NCBI GenBank assembly: GCA_043809085.1 | Contig: JAZDEG010000028.1 | Span: forward strand, 19,458-83,457 | Direction: 5' to 3' | Source: Pseudomonadota bacterium | Lineage (GTDB): Bacteria; Desulfobacterota; Desulfobulbia; Desulfobulbales; SURF-16 | Length of the DNA: 64,000 nt | Shown: one piece after another, positions 36,459 to 46,117 of the stretch | Layout: every line of letters begins with the position of its first letter | How positions within the stretch are numbered: the first letter of the stretch is position 1 | The notes under the pieces: generated by a model | Seen by the model: only the letters and a program-made list of their open reading frames with translations | Database searches by the model: none | What the model was told of the DNA's origin: nothing | Position numbers and translations under genes: made by a program

Positions 36459-37262
36459 TTATGGGTGAATATTGAAGCGATCCTGGATTCTTTTTAAAGA
36501 AACCAGCTTCACATTGCGGGAGGAGGGTGTGACGAAGGACTGAAGTTTCCGCTCCAGGCTGCGGGGGTCCATTTCACTTCCAATGGCAATCACCCCTTCC
36601 ATGATGATCTTTTGCAGCAACAGTTCATGATCTGTTCTTTCCCGCAGATTGCCGGCAAAGGGGACGCAGAAAAAATTGGCGAGAACCACGCCATAGAGGG
36701 TGGAAGTGAGAGCTATGGGCACGGTGGCCAGGATAACCTTGCTGTCGCCGACTCCGGCCAGCATACTGATCAGCCCCACCACGCTTCCCACCAGTCCGAA
36801 AGAGGGGAAAAGCTCTCCCATGGTACGGATCACCCGTTCGCAGTCTTCCCGACGCATTTTAAAAAAATACATCTCCGTGCTGAGAATATCCCGTATAACC
36901 TTGCCCTGGTAACCGTCAACAAGGAGTCCCAGGGCGCGTCGCAGAAAAAGAAGGGTCGTCTCCTCCTCGTCCTCCTGCAGGGAAAGAATCCCCTTGAACT
37001 TGGATTTCACCGACAGGTCGACCAGAATTTCAACAATATCTTCCGGGGTTTTGGTTTTGGCCTTATAGGAGGACATGAGTACTTTGTAGACAATTTTAAG
37101 CCTTTCCAGGCGATAGGTAATCAGGGTGGCTCCGAAGGTGCCGCCCAGCACCACGGCAGCTCCGGAAAGATTGAAGTAGAGAGCCAGATTACCCTGAAAG
37201 AGAAACCCGGACAGAAAGAGCAGAACGCAACAAAGCAGACCGATAATATTCTTATCTTTCAT
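36459..37262 (-). CDS. motA: MotA/PomA-type stator proton(ion)-channel protein
   Basis: 267 aa with 4 TM segments. LSLQEDEEETTLLFLRRALGLLVDGY and FPSFGLVGSVVGLISML...ALTSTLYGVVLANFFCVPFAGNL match the MotA plug/channel regions. The ATG at 37262 overlaps the motB end by 11 nt. Confidence 0.85.
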   Translation of the reverse strand: MKDKNIIGLLCCVLLFLSGFLFQGNLALYFNLSGAAVVLGGTFGATLITYRLERLKIVYKVLMSSYKAKTKTPEDIVEILVDLSVKSKFKGILSLQEDEEETTLLFLRRALGLLVDGYQGKVIRDILSTEMYFFKMRREDCERVIRTMGELFPSFGLVGSVVGLISMLAGVGDSKVILATVPIALTSTLYGVVLANFFCVPFAGNLRERTDHELLLQKIIMEGVIAIGSEMDPRSLERKLQSFVTPSSRNVKLVSLKRIQDRFNIHP

Positions 37263-38175
37263 CGATCTCTCCCGCACGCGCTGCTGTTGCCGGCTTATCC
37301 CTGGTGAGGACGATTTCCACCCGCCGGTTGGCCGCCCTGTTTGCCGGGCTGTCATTCGGGGCGATGGGAGCAAATGATGCGTGTCCGGTTACCGAAAACC
37401 GCTCCTGACCAATGCCGGTTTTTTCCATGAGAAACCGGGCAACACGACTTGCCCGGACGAGAGAGAGTTCCCAGTTCGAAGGAAACAGCGGGGTGTGAAT
37501 CGGCACATCATCGGTATGACCGACGACATTGATCATGTAAGGCGTCTGATCCACCAGAGGAACAATCTTGTCGAGAGAGGCAAAGGCATCGGGTCTGATC
37601 TCGGCGTTGCCGCTGTCAAAGAGCAGGTCACCGGTGAGAATGATCCGCACCGTCTTGTCCGGCGCCAGATTAACCCTGGCAAATTCCCCAAGATTCGCAT
37701 CTGTCAACGCTTTCTGGCTGACATCATAAATTTGCGTCATTCCGTTTTCATCCCGCCCGGCAAAGGGATCGACAATGCCGCCGCCACTGGTTCCCATGAC
37801 CCCCGAGCCGACGTTTGTTCCGAAATCAAACCCCGGGCCTTCTCCAGGAATAATCTCCTTCTGGGATGATTGATAAATATAGAGTACGGCAAAGAGAATG
37901 AACATGGTCATCATCAGGTCGGACCAGACCACCGACCAGTGGGGAGCGCGGGGCATGCGCAGACGCTCAAAAGAGCCCTCATCGTAAACCCGCATACCGC
38001 TCTCCCAGCTCACTTCCTGGGAAAAGACAGGAACTTGCCGCGCAGCTCTTTTCGCTTTTTTACGACGACGGAGAGGGGTTGCCGCCGACTGGTCGATACC
38101 TCCGGCAACAACGGGAGATGGTTGCTGCTCTCCTGCCGATATTTCCGGAGATTCTCTTTTTCTGGTGTCTGCCAT
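37252..38175 (-). CDS. motB: MotB/OmpA-family stator protein with extended N-terminus
   Basis: The single TM helix carries the conserved Asp (WSVVWSDLMMTMFILFAVLY). C-terminal OmpA-like peptidoglycan-binding domain (VVGHTDDVPI...SNWELSLVRASRVARFL...NRRVEIVL). Confidence 0.85.
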   Translation of the reverse strand: MADTRKRESPEISAGEQQPSPVVAGGIDQSAATPLRRRKKAKRAARQVPVFSQEVSWESGMRVYDEGSFERLRMPRAPHWSVVWSDLMMTMFILFAVLYIYQSSQKEIIPGEGPGFDFGTNVGSGVMGTSGGGIVDPFAGRDENGMTQIYDVSQKALTDANLGEFARVNLAPDKTVRIILTGDLLFDSGNAEIRPDAFASLDKIVPLVDQTPYMINVVGHTDDVPIHTPLFPSNWELSLVRASRVARFLMEKTGIGQERFSVTGHASFAPIAPNDSPANRAANRRVEIVLTRDKPATAARAGEIDER

Positions 38176-38352
38176 TGATTTCCTGTTAAATGGGTGGTTT
38201 CAACTTTACCTATCGGAAATCATTTGTTTTTCTCAAATAAATTTTACCGGTCCGGCAAAAAAAGACAAATGAATCATGGAACAGGCAGGGATTATCGAGA
38301 TACCTTTCTGATTTTTTCCCAGCCTTCCGCCTTCTTTCAAATCAAATCATGA

Positions 38353-38910
38353 CTACTTGATAAAAGGCAGAATTTCCCTGAATTCCGGGGTTCCGGCCCT
38401 GCGAAGCAATTCGTAAATAATCATTTCCGTATTTCCCACAGCGCCGCCGATCCGACGAATGCGGTCAAGGCCGGTCAGGTAATTTTTTTCCGTTCGAGAA
38501 CTGACCGCGTCAGCGGGAACCCACATGGCGTAGTCCGCCATCAGACCACCAAGCACCGTCTGGTAGATGCAGATATGGGTTTCCACTCCGCAAACGATCC
38601 AGGTGTCAACATGCTCATACGACCTGATGTGCGCCAAAACAGCCTTGTTACCGAAACAGTCGAACTCGAGCTTGTCAAGCGGCTCGACTCCGCTCATTTC
38701 CGCACTGATCTCAGGCAGGAGAGCACCTATACGCGCACCATACTGGGTGGTGGCGACAATGGGCACTTTCAGGATGTTTGCAGCTTTCAGCAGAAGCACA
38801 CTGTTTCCGACCACCTCGTCTTTGGCGGGAATCACCCGCATCATTCTTTCCTGAATATCAACCACAAGCAGGCCGGTTCGCTCCGGCACCAGTCTTTTCA
38901 AATTCACCAT
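38353..38910 (-). CDS. Isochorismatase-family cysteine hydrolase
   Basis: GLLVVDIQERM and WIVCGVETHICIYQTVLG (catalytic Cys) are family signatures. Confidence 0.85.
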   Translation of the reverse strand: MVNLKRLVPERTGLLVVDIQERMMRVIPAKDEVVGNSVLLLKAANILKVPIVATTQYGARIGALLPEISAEMSGVEPLDKLEFDCFGNKAVLAHIRSYEHVDTWIVCGVETHICIYQTVLGGLMADYAMWVPADAVSSRTEKNYLTGLDRIRRIGGAVGNTEMIIYELLRRAGTPEFREILPFIK

Positions 38911-38992
38911 CTGCTATTCTCCTGTGAAAAAACGTCAAAAATGGGTAAAGTGAGGAATTGAAGAAGATTACCTTACAAAGATAATATCGGCA

Positions 38993-40393
38993 TTGCAAAA
39001 AATGGAAAACAATTTTCGTATCAAAACCATTCTCTCCGAAAAACCCGTTACCCGTGAAATCACGGTGCAGGGCTGGATCAAATCACGGCGTGACTCCAAG
39101 GGCCTCTCCTTTCTCGACGTGACGGACGGTTCGTGTCTCGCCGGGCTCCAGGTTCTTGCCGACAGCTCCCTGACCAATTACGACACCGACATTGCCCGGC
39201 TCACCACCGGCTGCTCGATTACGGCCCGGGGCGAACTCATCGCCTCTCCCGCCAAGGGTCAGGACGTCGAACTGCATGCCCGGGAGATCACCATACTCGG
39301 CTGGGCGCAGCCGGAAGACTATCCGCTCCAGAAAAAACGTCATTCATTTGAATTCCTGCGCTCCATCGCCCATTTGCGCGGCCGCACCAACAGCCTGGGC
39401 GCCGTTGCCAGGGTTCGCAGCAGACTTTCCTGGGCCATTCACCGTTTTTTCCAGGAACGCGGTTTTTTCCAGATCCATACCCCGGTGATCACCACCAGTG
39501 ACTGCGAAGGGGCGGGGGAGATGTTCACCGTCACCTCCTTTGACCTGGACAAGCTGGCCAGAAGCGGCAGTGCTGTTGATTTCAGCCGGGACTTTTTCGG
39601 TCGTCCGGCAAGCCTCACGGTAAGCGGGCAGCTTGAAGCCGAAGCCTATGCCCTGGCGCTCGGCAATGTCTACACCTTCGGCCCCACCTTCCGGGCGGAA
39701 AACTCCAACACCAGCCGACATCTCGCCGAATTCTGGATGATTGAACCGGAAATGGCCTTCTGTGACCTTGAAGGCGACATGGATCTGGCCGAGGAGATGC
39801 TGAAATTTCTCATCAGCGACTGCCGGGAAAGCTGCGCCGAGGATCTCGACCTCTTTGCCCGCTTTGTCGACAAGGATCTCCCCTCCCGGCTTGATACCGT
39901 GCTGCATAACGATTTTGCCCGCATCACCTACACCGACGCGGTCCACGCCCTGGAAAAATCAGGCGAGAACTTCACCTTTCCCGTGCGTTGGGGCGTTGAC
40001 CTGCAGTCGGAACATGAGCGCTACCTGGCTGAAAAACTCTTCCAGCGGCCGACCATCGTCACCGATTACCCGAAAGCAATCAAACCGTTTTACATGCGGG
40101 AAAATGATGACAACAAAACCGTCGCCGCCATGGACATCCTCTTTCCAACCATCGGTGAAATCATCGGCGGCAGCCAGCGCGAGGAACGACTTGACCGGCT
40201 CCAACAACGAATGGTGACAGCCGGAGTTGATACGGCAAACTACCAATGGTATCTCGATCTGCGCCGTTATGGCACCGTGCCCCATGCCGGTTTCGGACTT
40301 GGCTTCGAGCGGCTCGTTCAGTTTGTCACCGGCATGGGCAATATCCGCGATGTCATTGCCTTTCCACGCACACCGGGATCGGCGGCATTGTAA
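38993..40393 (+). CDS. asnS: Asparagine--tRNA ligase
   Basis: OB-fold N-terminus ([23 protein letters not shown]). Class II motifs [59 protein letters not shown]. Confidence 0.95.
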   Translation: MQKMENNFRIKTILSEKPVTREITVQGWIKSRRDSKGLSFLDVTDGSCLAGLQVLADSSLTNYDTDIARLTTGCSITARGELIASPAKGQDVELHAREITILGWAQPEDYPLQKKRHSFEFLRSIAHLRGRTNSLGAVARVRSRLSWAIHRFFQERGFFQIHTPVITTSDCEGAGEMFTVTSFDLDKLARSGSAVDFSRDFFGRPASLTVSGQLEAEAYALALGNVYTFGPTFRAENSNTSRHLAEFWMIEPEMAFCDLEGDMDLAEEMLKFLISDCRESCAEDLDLFARFVDKDLPSRLDTVLHNDFARITYTDAVHALEKSGENFTFPVRWGVDLQSEHERYLAEKLFQRPTIVTDYPKAIKPFYMRENDDNKTVAAMDILFPTIGEIIGGSQREERLDRLQQRMVTAGVDTANYQWYLDLRRYGTVPHAGFGLGFERLVQFVTGMGNIRDVIAFPRTPGSAAL

Positions 40394-40492
40394 AAATTTG
40401 GGAGTCAGAAGACAGAAGTCAGAAACCAGAAGTACAACAAAAACAGTTTTTCCTGACTCCTTCATCATTCATAAAATTTACTCGTTACGCAT

Positions 40493-41203
40493 ATGCTCAA
40501 ACGAACAATCACATTTCTGCTCCTTTTTTTCACGTGCCTGCCCTGCCTGCTCCATGCGGAGCAGAGTGAGTTTTCCGCCAAGGAGGAACTCGTTCTTGCC
40601 AAAGACGCCAATCTGCGCAAGGGCCCGGGCATCTCTTTTGATGTCATTGACGCCCTGCGGAAAGGAACAAGGGTCAAAATAATCTACCAGGTGGGAGAAT
40701 GGACTCGGGTTGAACAGGCTGGTGGGAACAAAAACGGCTGGTTGCACCTGCCGGTCCCGGCAAATACCAGCACTGCCGAGGCGGCCCCCGCTCCCCCAGA
40801 TGCAACCAGGACAAAAACCATTGAGCCCGTACCGATGAAAGAGTCACGGCAACCCGCGAAAAAAACGGGCGAACCGGCAAGACCCGCACAACTTGTCGGG
40901 GTTATCGACATCCAGCAGGTCATTAACCAGTCGAAAAGGGGCCGGGCGGCAAGGGAGAAGTACGAGGAACTGCGTCGGTCTGGTCAGGAAAACATAGATC
41001 AGACAGAGGAGAAAATCATAAGCGGGGTCATTATTGAAATCCAGGCGGTGGTGGAAACCTATGCCCGAAACCATGGCTTTACCCATGTCATCAACAAAAA
41101 TTCAGGCAGCATGTTTTACTTTGACGGCAACTTCAACATCACCGCCGACATTATCAGCGAGTATGACCGGCAGGCCGCTCTATCGCAGCAACAGATACCA
41201 TGA
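40493..41203 (+). CDS. Secreted SH3b-domain protein fused to an OmpH/Skp-like chaperone domain
   Basis: Signal peptide MLKRTITFLLLFFTCLPCLLHA. SH3b-like LAKDANLRKGPGISFDVIDALRKGTRVKIIYQVGEWTRVEQ...GWLH. A Pro/Ala linker. C-terminal VGVIDIQQVINQSKRGRAAREKYEEL...THVINKN resembles Skp/OmpH. Confidence 0.6.
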   Translation: MLKRTITFLLLFFTCLPCLLHAEQSEFSAKEELVLAKDANLRKGPGISFDVIDALRKGTRVKIIYQVGEWTRVEQAGGNKNGWLHLPVPANTSTAEAAPAPPDATRTKTIEPVPMKESRQPAKKTGEPARPAQLVGVIDIQQVINQSKRGRAAREKYEELRRSGQENIDQTEEKIISGVIIEIQAVVETYARNHGFTHVINKNSGSMFYFDGNFNITADIISEYDRQAALSQQQIP

Positions 41204-42165
41204 CCCCGACCCTTCTTCTCGCCCCCCTACGCGGCATAACAGAGTCGCCTTTCCGCACCCTGTTTACCAGTTTCTTCCCTGGCTTTGACCTGGCGGTGGC
41301 CCCCTTTATCAACACCTATCAGGGCAACAGGATCAAACCGACTCACCTGCAGGATCTGCTGCCGGAAAACAACCCGGCAATGCCTGTGGTTCCGCAGATT
41401 CTCTCCAAAAATCCGGACAACTTCATTTCCGTGGCCCGCATCCTTTGCGATCTCGGCTACACCACGCTGAACTGGAACCTGGGCTGCCCATGGCCCATGG
41501 TGGCAAACAAGATGCGGGGTTCTGGCCTGCTTCCCTATCCGGATAAAATCGATGCCTTTCTGGAAAAAGTCCATACGCTGCCCGCAACCATCTCCATCAA
41601 AACCCGGCTCGGCCGCAGGGACTCGAGCGAGATCTTTGACCTGTTGCCCGTTTTCAACCGCTATCCGTTGTCCGAGGTGATCATTCACCCGCGCACCGGC
41701 ATCCAGATGTACGGAGGAACGGTTGACCTCGACATCTTTGGCCGGTGCCTGGAGATATGCCGCCACCCCGTGGTTTATAACGGTGACATCATTTGCCTGG
41801 CAGATTTCAAGCGGCTGGCTCTGCGTTTCCCCCAGGTTTCGGCGTGGATGATCGGACGCGGCGCCCTGGCCAATCCCTTTCTTCCCGCCCAGATCAAGGG
41901 CATGAAATTGCCGGACGACCCGATGGCGATCATTTCCGCTTACCATGACGCCCTTTTTGCCCTTTTCAGCGAAAAACAGTCAGGACCGGGTCATATTCTC
42001 GGCCACATGAAAGGCATCTGGCTTTATCTCGCCCCATCTTTCAGCGATGGAAAGAAATTATTAAAAAAAATCCAGAAAACACGGACCATTGAGCGGTATA
42101 CTGAACTGATGGAAACCATTTTCACCAGCCACGGCTGGCAACCTCCCCAAACTGGAGGCATATGA
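41200..42165 (+). CDS. tRNA-dihydrouridine synthase (Dus family)
   Basis: LAPLRGITESPFR, QILSKNPD, LNWNLGCP (catalytic Cys), IKTRLG, IHPRTG. ATGA overlaps at both ends. Confidence 0.85.
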   Translation: MTPTLLLAPLRGITESPFRTLFTSFFPGFDLAVAPFINTYQGNRIKPTHLQDLLPENNPAMPVVPQILSKNPDNFISVARILCDLGYTTLNWNLGCPWPMVANKMRGSGLLPYPDKIDAFLEKVHTLPATISIKTRLGRRDSSEIFDLLPVFNRYPLSEVIIHPRTGIQMYGGTVDLDIFGRCLEICRHPVVYNGDIICLADFKRLALRFPQVSAWMIGRGALANPFLPAQIKGMKLPDDPMAIISAYHDALFALFSEKQSGPGHILGHMKGIWLYLAPSFSDGKKLLKKIQKTRTIERYTELMETIFTSHGWQPPQTGGI

Positions 42166-43046
42166 TGCACAACCGCAAATTTCAGCGTTTTTTCTTCTTT
42201 TCCGGCCTTATCATATTCCTTCTCTGGTCAACCGCCTGCCAGGCGAAAAGCAGCCTGTGGCAGGTGCGGGACGGCGACCACACCCTCTATCTGCTCGGCT
42301 CACTCCATGTCCTGAAAAAAAACTCGTATCCACTCCACCCGTCCATCGAAGAGATCTACACCGCGAGCGGCTCTGTTATTTTTGAGGCGGATCTGGACGA
42401 GATGGACACCCCTCCCATGCAGCAGAAAGTTTTGTCCTACGGCAAGCTGCCTGCCGGACAGACCCTGCAGGGGCAGCTTTCCCCCGAGACCTGGCAGCGG
42501 TTGGAGTCAAAAATTCTCTCGCTGAACATCAAGCCGGAATCCATCCAACAGCTCCGCCCATGGCTCTGCGCCCTCACCCTGACCGTGACCGAGCTTGAGA
42601 GAATGGGTTTTCTCGCCCAGTATGGCCTTGACGAGTATTTTTACCGAAAGGCGAAACTGGACGGCAAGAAAATCATTCCCCTGGAATCGGTTGATTTCCA
42701 GTTGAGCCTTTTCTACAGCCAGTCAAGAAAGGAACAGGAGGATTTTCTCCTGCAGACCCTGGATGACCTGCAGATGTCGGAAGAGATGGCCGGAGATTTG
42801 GAAACGGCCTGGAAAACCGGCAATGAAGAAATGCTCTCCGACATGATCGTTAAAAGCTTTGCCGGATACGGGAAACTTTACAAACGGCTGGTGCTTGACC
42901 GCAACAGAAACTGGCTGCCGACCCTTGAAAAAATCCTGAAGGATGAAAAAGTCACCCTGGTGGTGGTGGGAGCCGGGCATCTCGTGGGGCCGGACAGCGT
43001 GGTTGATCTGCTGCGTCGCAAAGGGTATCTGGTGGTACAGAGATGA
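42162..43046 (+). CDS. TraB/GumN family protein, secreted
   Basis: N-terminal signal/anchor segment. LWQVRDGDHTLYLLGSLHV and TLVVVGAGHLVGPDSV are GumN-family motifs. Confidence 0.8.
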   Translation: MMHNRKFQRFFFFSGLIIFLLWSTACQAKSSLWQVRDGDHTLYLLGSLHVLKKNSYPLHPSIEEIYTASGSVIFEADLDEMDTPPMQQKVLSYGKLPAGQTLQGQLSPETWQRLESKILSLNIKPESIQQLRPWLCALTLTVTELERMGFLAQYGLDEYFYRKAKLDGKKIIPLESVDFQLSLFYSQSRKEQEDFLLQTLDDLQMSEEMAGDLETAWKTGNEEMLSDMIVKSFAGYGKLYKRLVLDRNRNWLPTLEKILKDEKVTLVVVGAGHLVGPDSVVDLLRRKGYLVVQR

Positions 43047-43079
43047 AGAAAGTACTTCAAATGCCCAAAATGTCGAAAA

Positions 43080-43805
43080 TTACTGAATGGCGGAAAAAAT
43101 CATCATGCCGCCCATCACCACCAGCAGATAGAGAATGACCTTCAGATAGGTTTCCCGCCTGATTTTTCCGTAGCAGTACGATCCCGCCCACACCCCGAGC
43201 AGGACAAATAACGCCGACACTGCGTAGTAACGCAGCACCGTCACCGTGGTGAGCCCGCTTACGGCATGGGCCGCTGCCATGAAAATACCGGTTGTGAAAA
43301 AAAAGACGGATAGAGTGGCCTTGATGTCGTCCTTGTTCCAGCCGGTGAGGGTGGTGTAGATGATGGTGGGCGGCCCGCCTGCGCTGAACGCGCTGCCGAT
43401 GACCCCGGTGAAAAAACCGGCCACATAGGGCCAGAAGGACTGAATCTTGCGCGGCTTCGGCTTTAGCAACAGATTGTAGAAGGCATAGCTGATAATCATG
43501 ACCCCCAGCAGCAGTTTGATGAGACCGCTGTCCGCCTCCTTGAGAAACCGGGCCCCAACGTAAATACCCGGCATGCAGCCGATGAGCAGCGGACCGATCT
43601 TTTTCCAGTCCGTGTGACGCCGCAGCTGGAGCGACAGATAGGCGGTGATGATCAAACCATTCAGCATGCAGAGTGGAACCGCGATCTTCACATCGAGAAA
43701 AAGCGTGAGCAGCGGCATGGCCACCAGGCCGGAACCGAATCCGGACACCCCTTGGGTGAAGCCTGCGGCAAGGAATATGAGGGGAATGAGATATGAATGC
43801 ATCAA
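43080..43805 (-). CDS. TauE/SafE-family sulfite/anion exporter-like membrane protein
   Basis: 241 aa with ~8 TM segments. GVSGFGSGLVAMPLL and GVIGSAFSAGGPPTIIY are TauE/SafE repeats. A longer overlapping ORF in another frame (43057..43845) translates to Arg/His-rich nonsense. Confidence 0.85.
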   Translation of the reverse strand: MMHSYLIPLIFLAAGFTQGVSGFGSGLVAMPLLTLFLDVKIAVPLCMLNGLIITAYLSLQLRRHTDWKKIGPLLIGCMPGIYVGARFLKEADSGLIKLLLGVMIISYAFYNLLLKPKPRKIQSFWPYVAGFFTGVIGSAFSAGGPPTIIYTTLTGWNKDDIKATLSVFFFTTGIFMAAAHAVSGLTTVTVLRYYAVSALFVLLGVWAGSYCYGKIRRETYLKVILYLLVVMGGMMIFSAIQ

Positions 43806-43841
43806 TGCCTTTTAAGGCAGCCCAAATTGAAAGAAAAACAA

Positions 43842-44678
43842 TCAAGAGAGAGAAGAAAATTCCGCCAACCGGGCAAGCATTTCGTCATGAATCAAAGCAT
43901 TTGAGGCTACAATCTCCCGGACAAAGGGTGAATATGATCCGCCCTGGAAATCAGTCACCCTGCCTCCAGCCTCCTGCACCAGCAGAAGTCCTGCCGCGGT
44001 GTCCCAGGGTTTGAGCTCTATTTCCCAGAACCCTTCAAATCTCCCGCTGGCAACAGAGGCCAGATCAAGGGCAGCCGCCCCGGCCCGCCGCACTCCCTGG
44101 CAGGAGGGCAGCAGTTTCCGCAAGGCGCTTACAACCTCCCCGGAACGCTGCTCAATATCATAGGGAAAACCGGTGGCAAGAAGCGATTTTTTCAGCTCAG
44201 CGCAGCGGGAAACAACGATTCTCCCGCCGTTCAACCAGGCCCCGCAACCTCGGCAGGCACAGAAAAGCTCATCCAGCATAGGCGCGTAAATCACCCCTGC
44301 CACGCTTTTCCCGTTTTCCATGTAACCGATGGAAACCGCAAACCAGGGAAATCCATGGGCAAAATTGGTGGTGCCGTCCAGGGGATCAATCACCCAGACG
44401 GGTTCCCGGGGAATGTCGTCATAGGCGGCAAATGACTCTTCGGAAAGAACCGTGATTCCCGGATGACGCTGCCGCAAAATGTCGAGAATCCTCTTTTCCG
44501 CAGCCACATCGGCCTCGGTCACGATATCTATTTCACCTTTGTAGCGGATCTGATGGGGCTGATGGTACAATTCAGCAATAATCGCGCCTGCAACTAAAGC
44601 CGCCTCGGCCGCCGTGGTGATAATATCCCGCAAGGGGGACGTGCCGCATTCAGCAACAAGCCCTTCAATTCGTTTCAT
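43842..44678 (-). CDS. Inositol monophosphatase family protein (SuhB-like)
   Basis: VTEADVAAEK, WVIDPLDGTTNFAHG, WDTAAG motifs. ATG at 44678; the listed ORF starts at TTG 44705. Confidence 0.9.
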   Translation of the reverse strand: MKRIEGLVAECGTSPLRDIITTAAEAALVAGAIIAELYHQPHQIRYKGEIDIVTEADVAAEKRILDILRQRHPGITVLSEESFAAYDDIPREPVWVIDPLDGTTNFAHGFPWFAVSIGYMENGKSVAGVIYAPMLDELFCACRGCGAWLNGGRIVVSRCAELKKSLLATGFPYDIEQRSGEVVSALRKLLPSCQGVRRAGAAALDLASVASGRFEGFWEIELKPWDTAAGLLLVQEAGGRVTDFQGGSYSPFVREIVASNALIHDEMLARLAEFSSLS

Positions 44679-44701
44679 GTTCGCGCAACCATCAATTTTT
44701 T

Positions 44702-46117
44702 TCAATTTGCCGCCAGTACCGAATGCACCTGATCCCTGGCAAAAGTCAAGGTAACCGTGGTTCCCTCTCCAGGGATGCTTTCAATATAAACATCCCCCCC
44801 GTAGCTCTGCACCATGGTTTGGGCCAGATAAAGCCCGAGCCCCATTCCCTTGCCAGGCTCCTTTGTTGAGAAAAAAGGATCCAAAGCCTTCCTCGCGGTT
44901 TCTTCATCCATGCCGCAGCCATGATCCTGTACGGAGAAAAAAATGTGAGTCTCATCCATGGTACAGGTAAAAAAAATCGGCGTTCCCTGTTCCGATGCGT
45001 CCATGGCGTTTTTCAAAATATTTCGCAAAGTACGCACCAGAGTACGGATAGGCAGGGTGATCTGCATGGACTCCACTTTATTGGCAAATATCAGGTGCTG
45101 CTGGGCTTCCGGAGCAAAAGATTCAAGAACATTGCCGATGAGATCCCTGACTGAAAATGTCTCCACATTTTCACCGAGATGCTCTCCGGCATCAGCTGCC
45201 ATCTGATACAAAATTTCCTTGCATCTGCCCACCTGATCGCGGATGAGCCTGCAGTCCTCGATCAGGTCCGGGTTCCCTTCCTGATCCCGCAGATTATATA
45301 ACATCTCACCAGATGCCACCGCAATAGTTGAAAGCGGAGTGGAAAATTCATGGGCCGCACCTGCAGCGAAGGTTGCCAGGGTTGCCAACTTATCTGTTCT
45401 GTTTTTGATCTTTTCCAGCTCATCAATGGTTTTCCGCTGTTGTTCGATGGAGGAACGCACCCTGCTGACAAGAAAACTCATGATGACAAGAGCACCAAGA
45501 AACACGGCAAACATCACTCTGGAATATGAGACGAGATCGGCCTTGACGTAGCCTGTAAAAAGGGTGAAAGCGGCCATATACTCGCCTGGGGGCATCAATC
45601 CCGCCTCCTGCAGTTTTGCCAGAGCCTTTTCATCCATCACCATGGGATCGGCGGTAATAAAAAATACGACATAGCAGGCCAGTGTAAAGCACACCAACAA
45701 AAATGCCCACCTGGGCCTGAGCAGCAATGCACCGAAAAAGAGGTAGATGACAAAAAGGATGACAAAGGGATTCAGAACGCAGGAAATACGGCAGAAAAGA
45801 ATCGCCAACAACGCCACATCAAAAAATATCATGATTGTCGCGAGACTCTTGAAATGGATGATTCTCCCCTGCTTCAAACGGTACAGCAGAAGGGCGTTAC
45901 TGGCAAGAAGAGTAAAAACGAGGAGCAGCGAGACAAACAGGGAGAAATTCACCTCAAAGATTTCCCTGGCGACATTGATAAGAAAAAACAGACTTATCGC
46001 CGTTACCCAGCGGAAATGAAGAAGCAAAGGAAAACAGATTCCATCCATGGAGGTTTCTTCTGTCCGCGCTGAGGTATACCTAGCCGAAAAATCAGGAAAA
46101 ATATGTTTCAATTTCAT
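44702..46117 (-). CDS. Membrane sensor histidine kinase (multi-TM N-terminal domain, RegB/PrrB-like layout), no adjacent response regulator
   Basis: About six hydrophobic helices, then H-box AAGAAHEFSTPLSTI and ATPase boxes NILKNAMDAS, DHGCGMD, GKGMGLGLYLA. The start is uncertain (GTG 46165, ATG 46117 or ATG 46051). Confidence 0.8.
   Translation of the reverse strand: MKLKHIFPDFSARYTSARTEETSMDGICFPLLLHFRWVTAISLFFLINVAREIFEVNFSLFVSLLLVFTLLASNALLLYRLKQGRIIHFKSLATIMIFFDVALLAILFCRISCVLNPFVILFVIYLFFGALLLRPRWAFLLVCFTLACYVVFFITADPMVMDEKALAKLQEAGLMPPGEYMAAFTLFTGYVKADLVSYSRVMFAVFLGALVIMSFLVSRVRSSIEQQRKTIDELEKIKNRTDKLATLATFAAGAAHEFSTPLSTIAVASGEMLYNLRDQEGNPDLIEDCRLIRDQVGRCKEILYQMAADAGEHLGENVETFSVRDLIGNVLESFAPEAQQHLIFANKVESMQITLPIRTLVRTLRNILKNAMDASEQGTPIFFTCTMDETHIFFSVQDHGCGMDEETARKALDPFFSTKEPGKGMGLGLYLAQTMVQSYGGDVYIESIPGEGTTVTLTFARDQVHSVLAAN

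Noticed and set aside
38176-38352. A possible sigma-28 (FliA) promoter upstream of motB: TCCGATAG resembles the -10 element GCCGATAA.
   Set aside because: No TAAA -35 element lies at the required ~15-nt spacing, and the match is only 6/8. This is insufficient to call.
43057-43845. A 262-aa minus-strand ORF in an alternative frame over the TauE gene.
   Set aside because: The translation is Arg/His/Gly-rich nonsense. The 241-aa frame gives a clean 8-TM TauE/SafE pattern.
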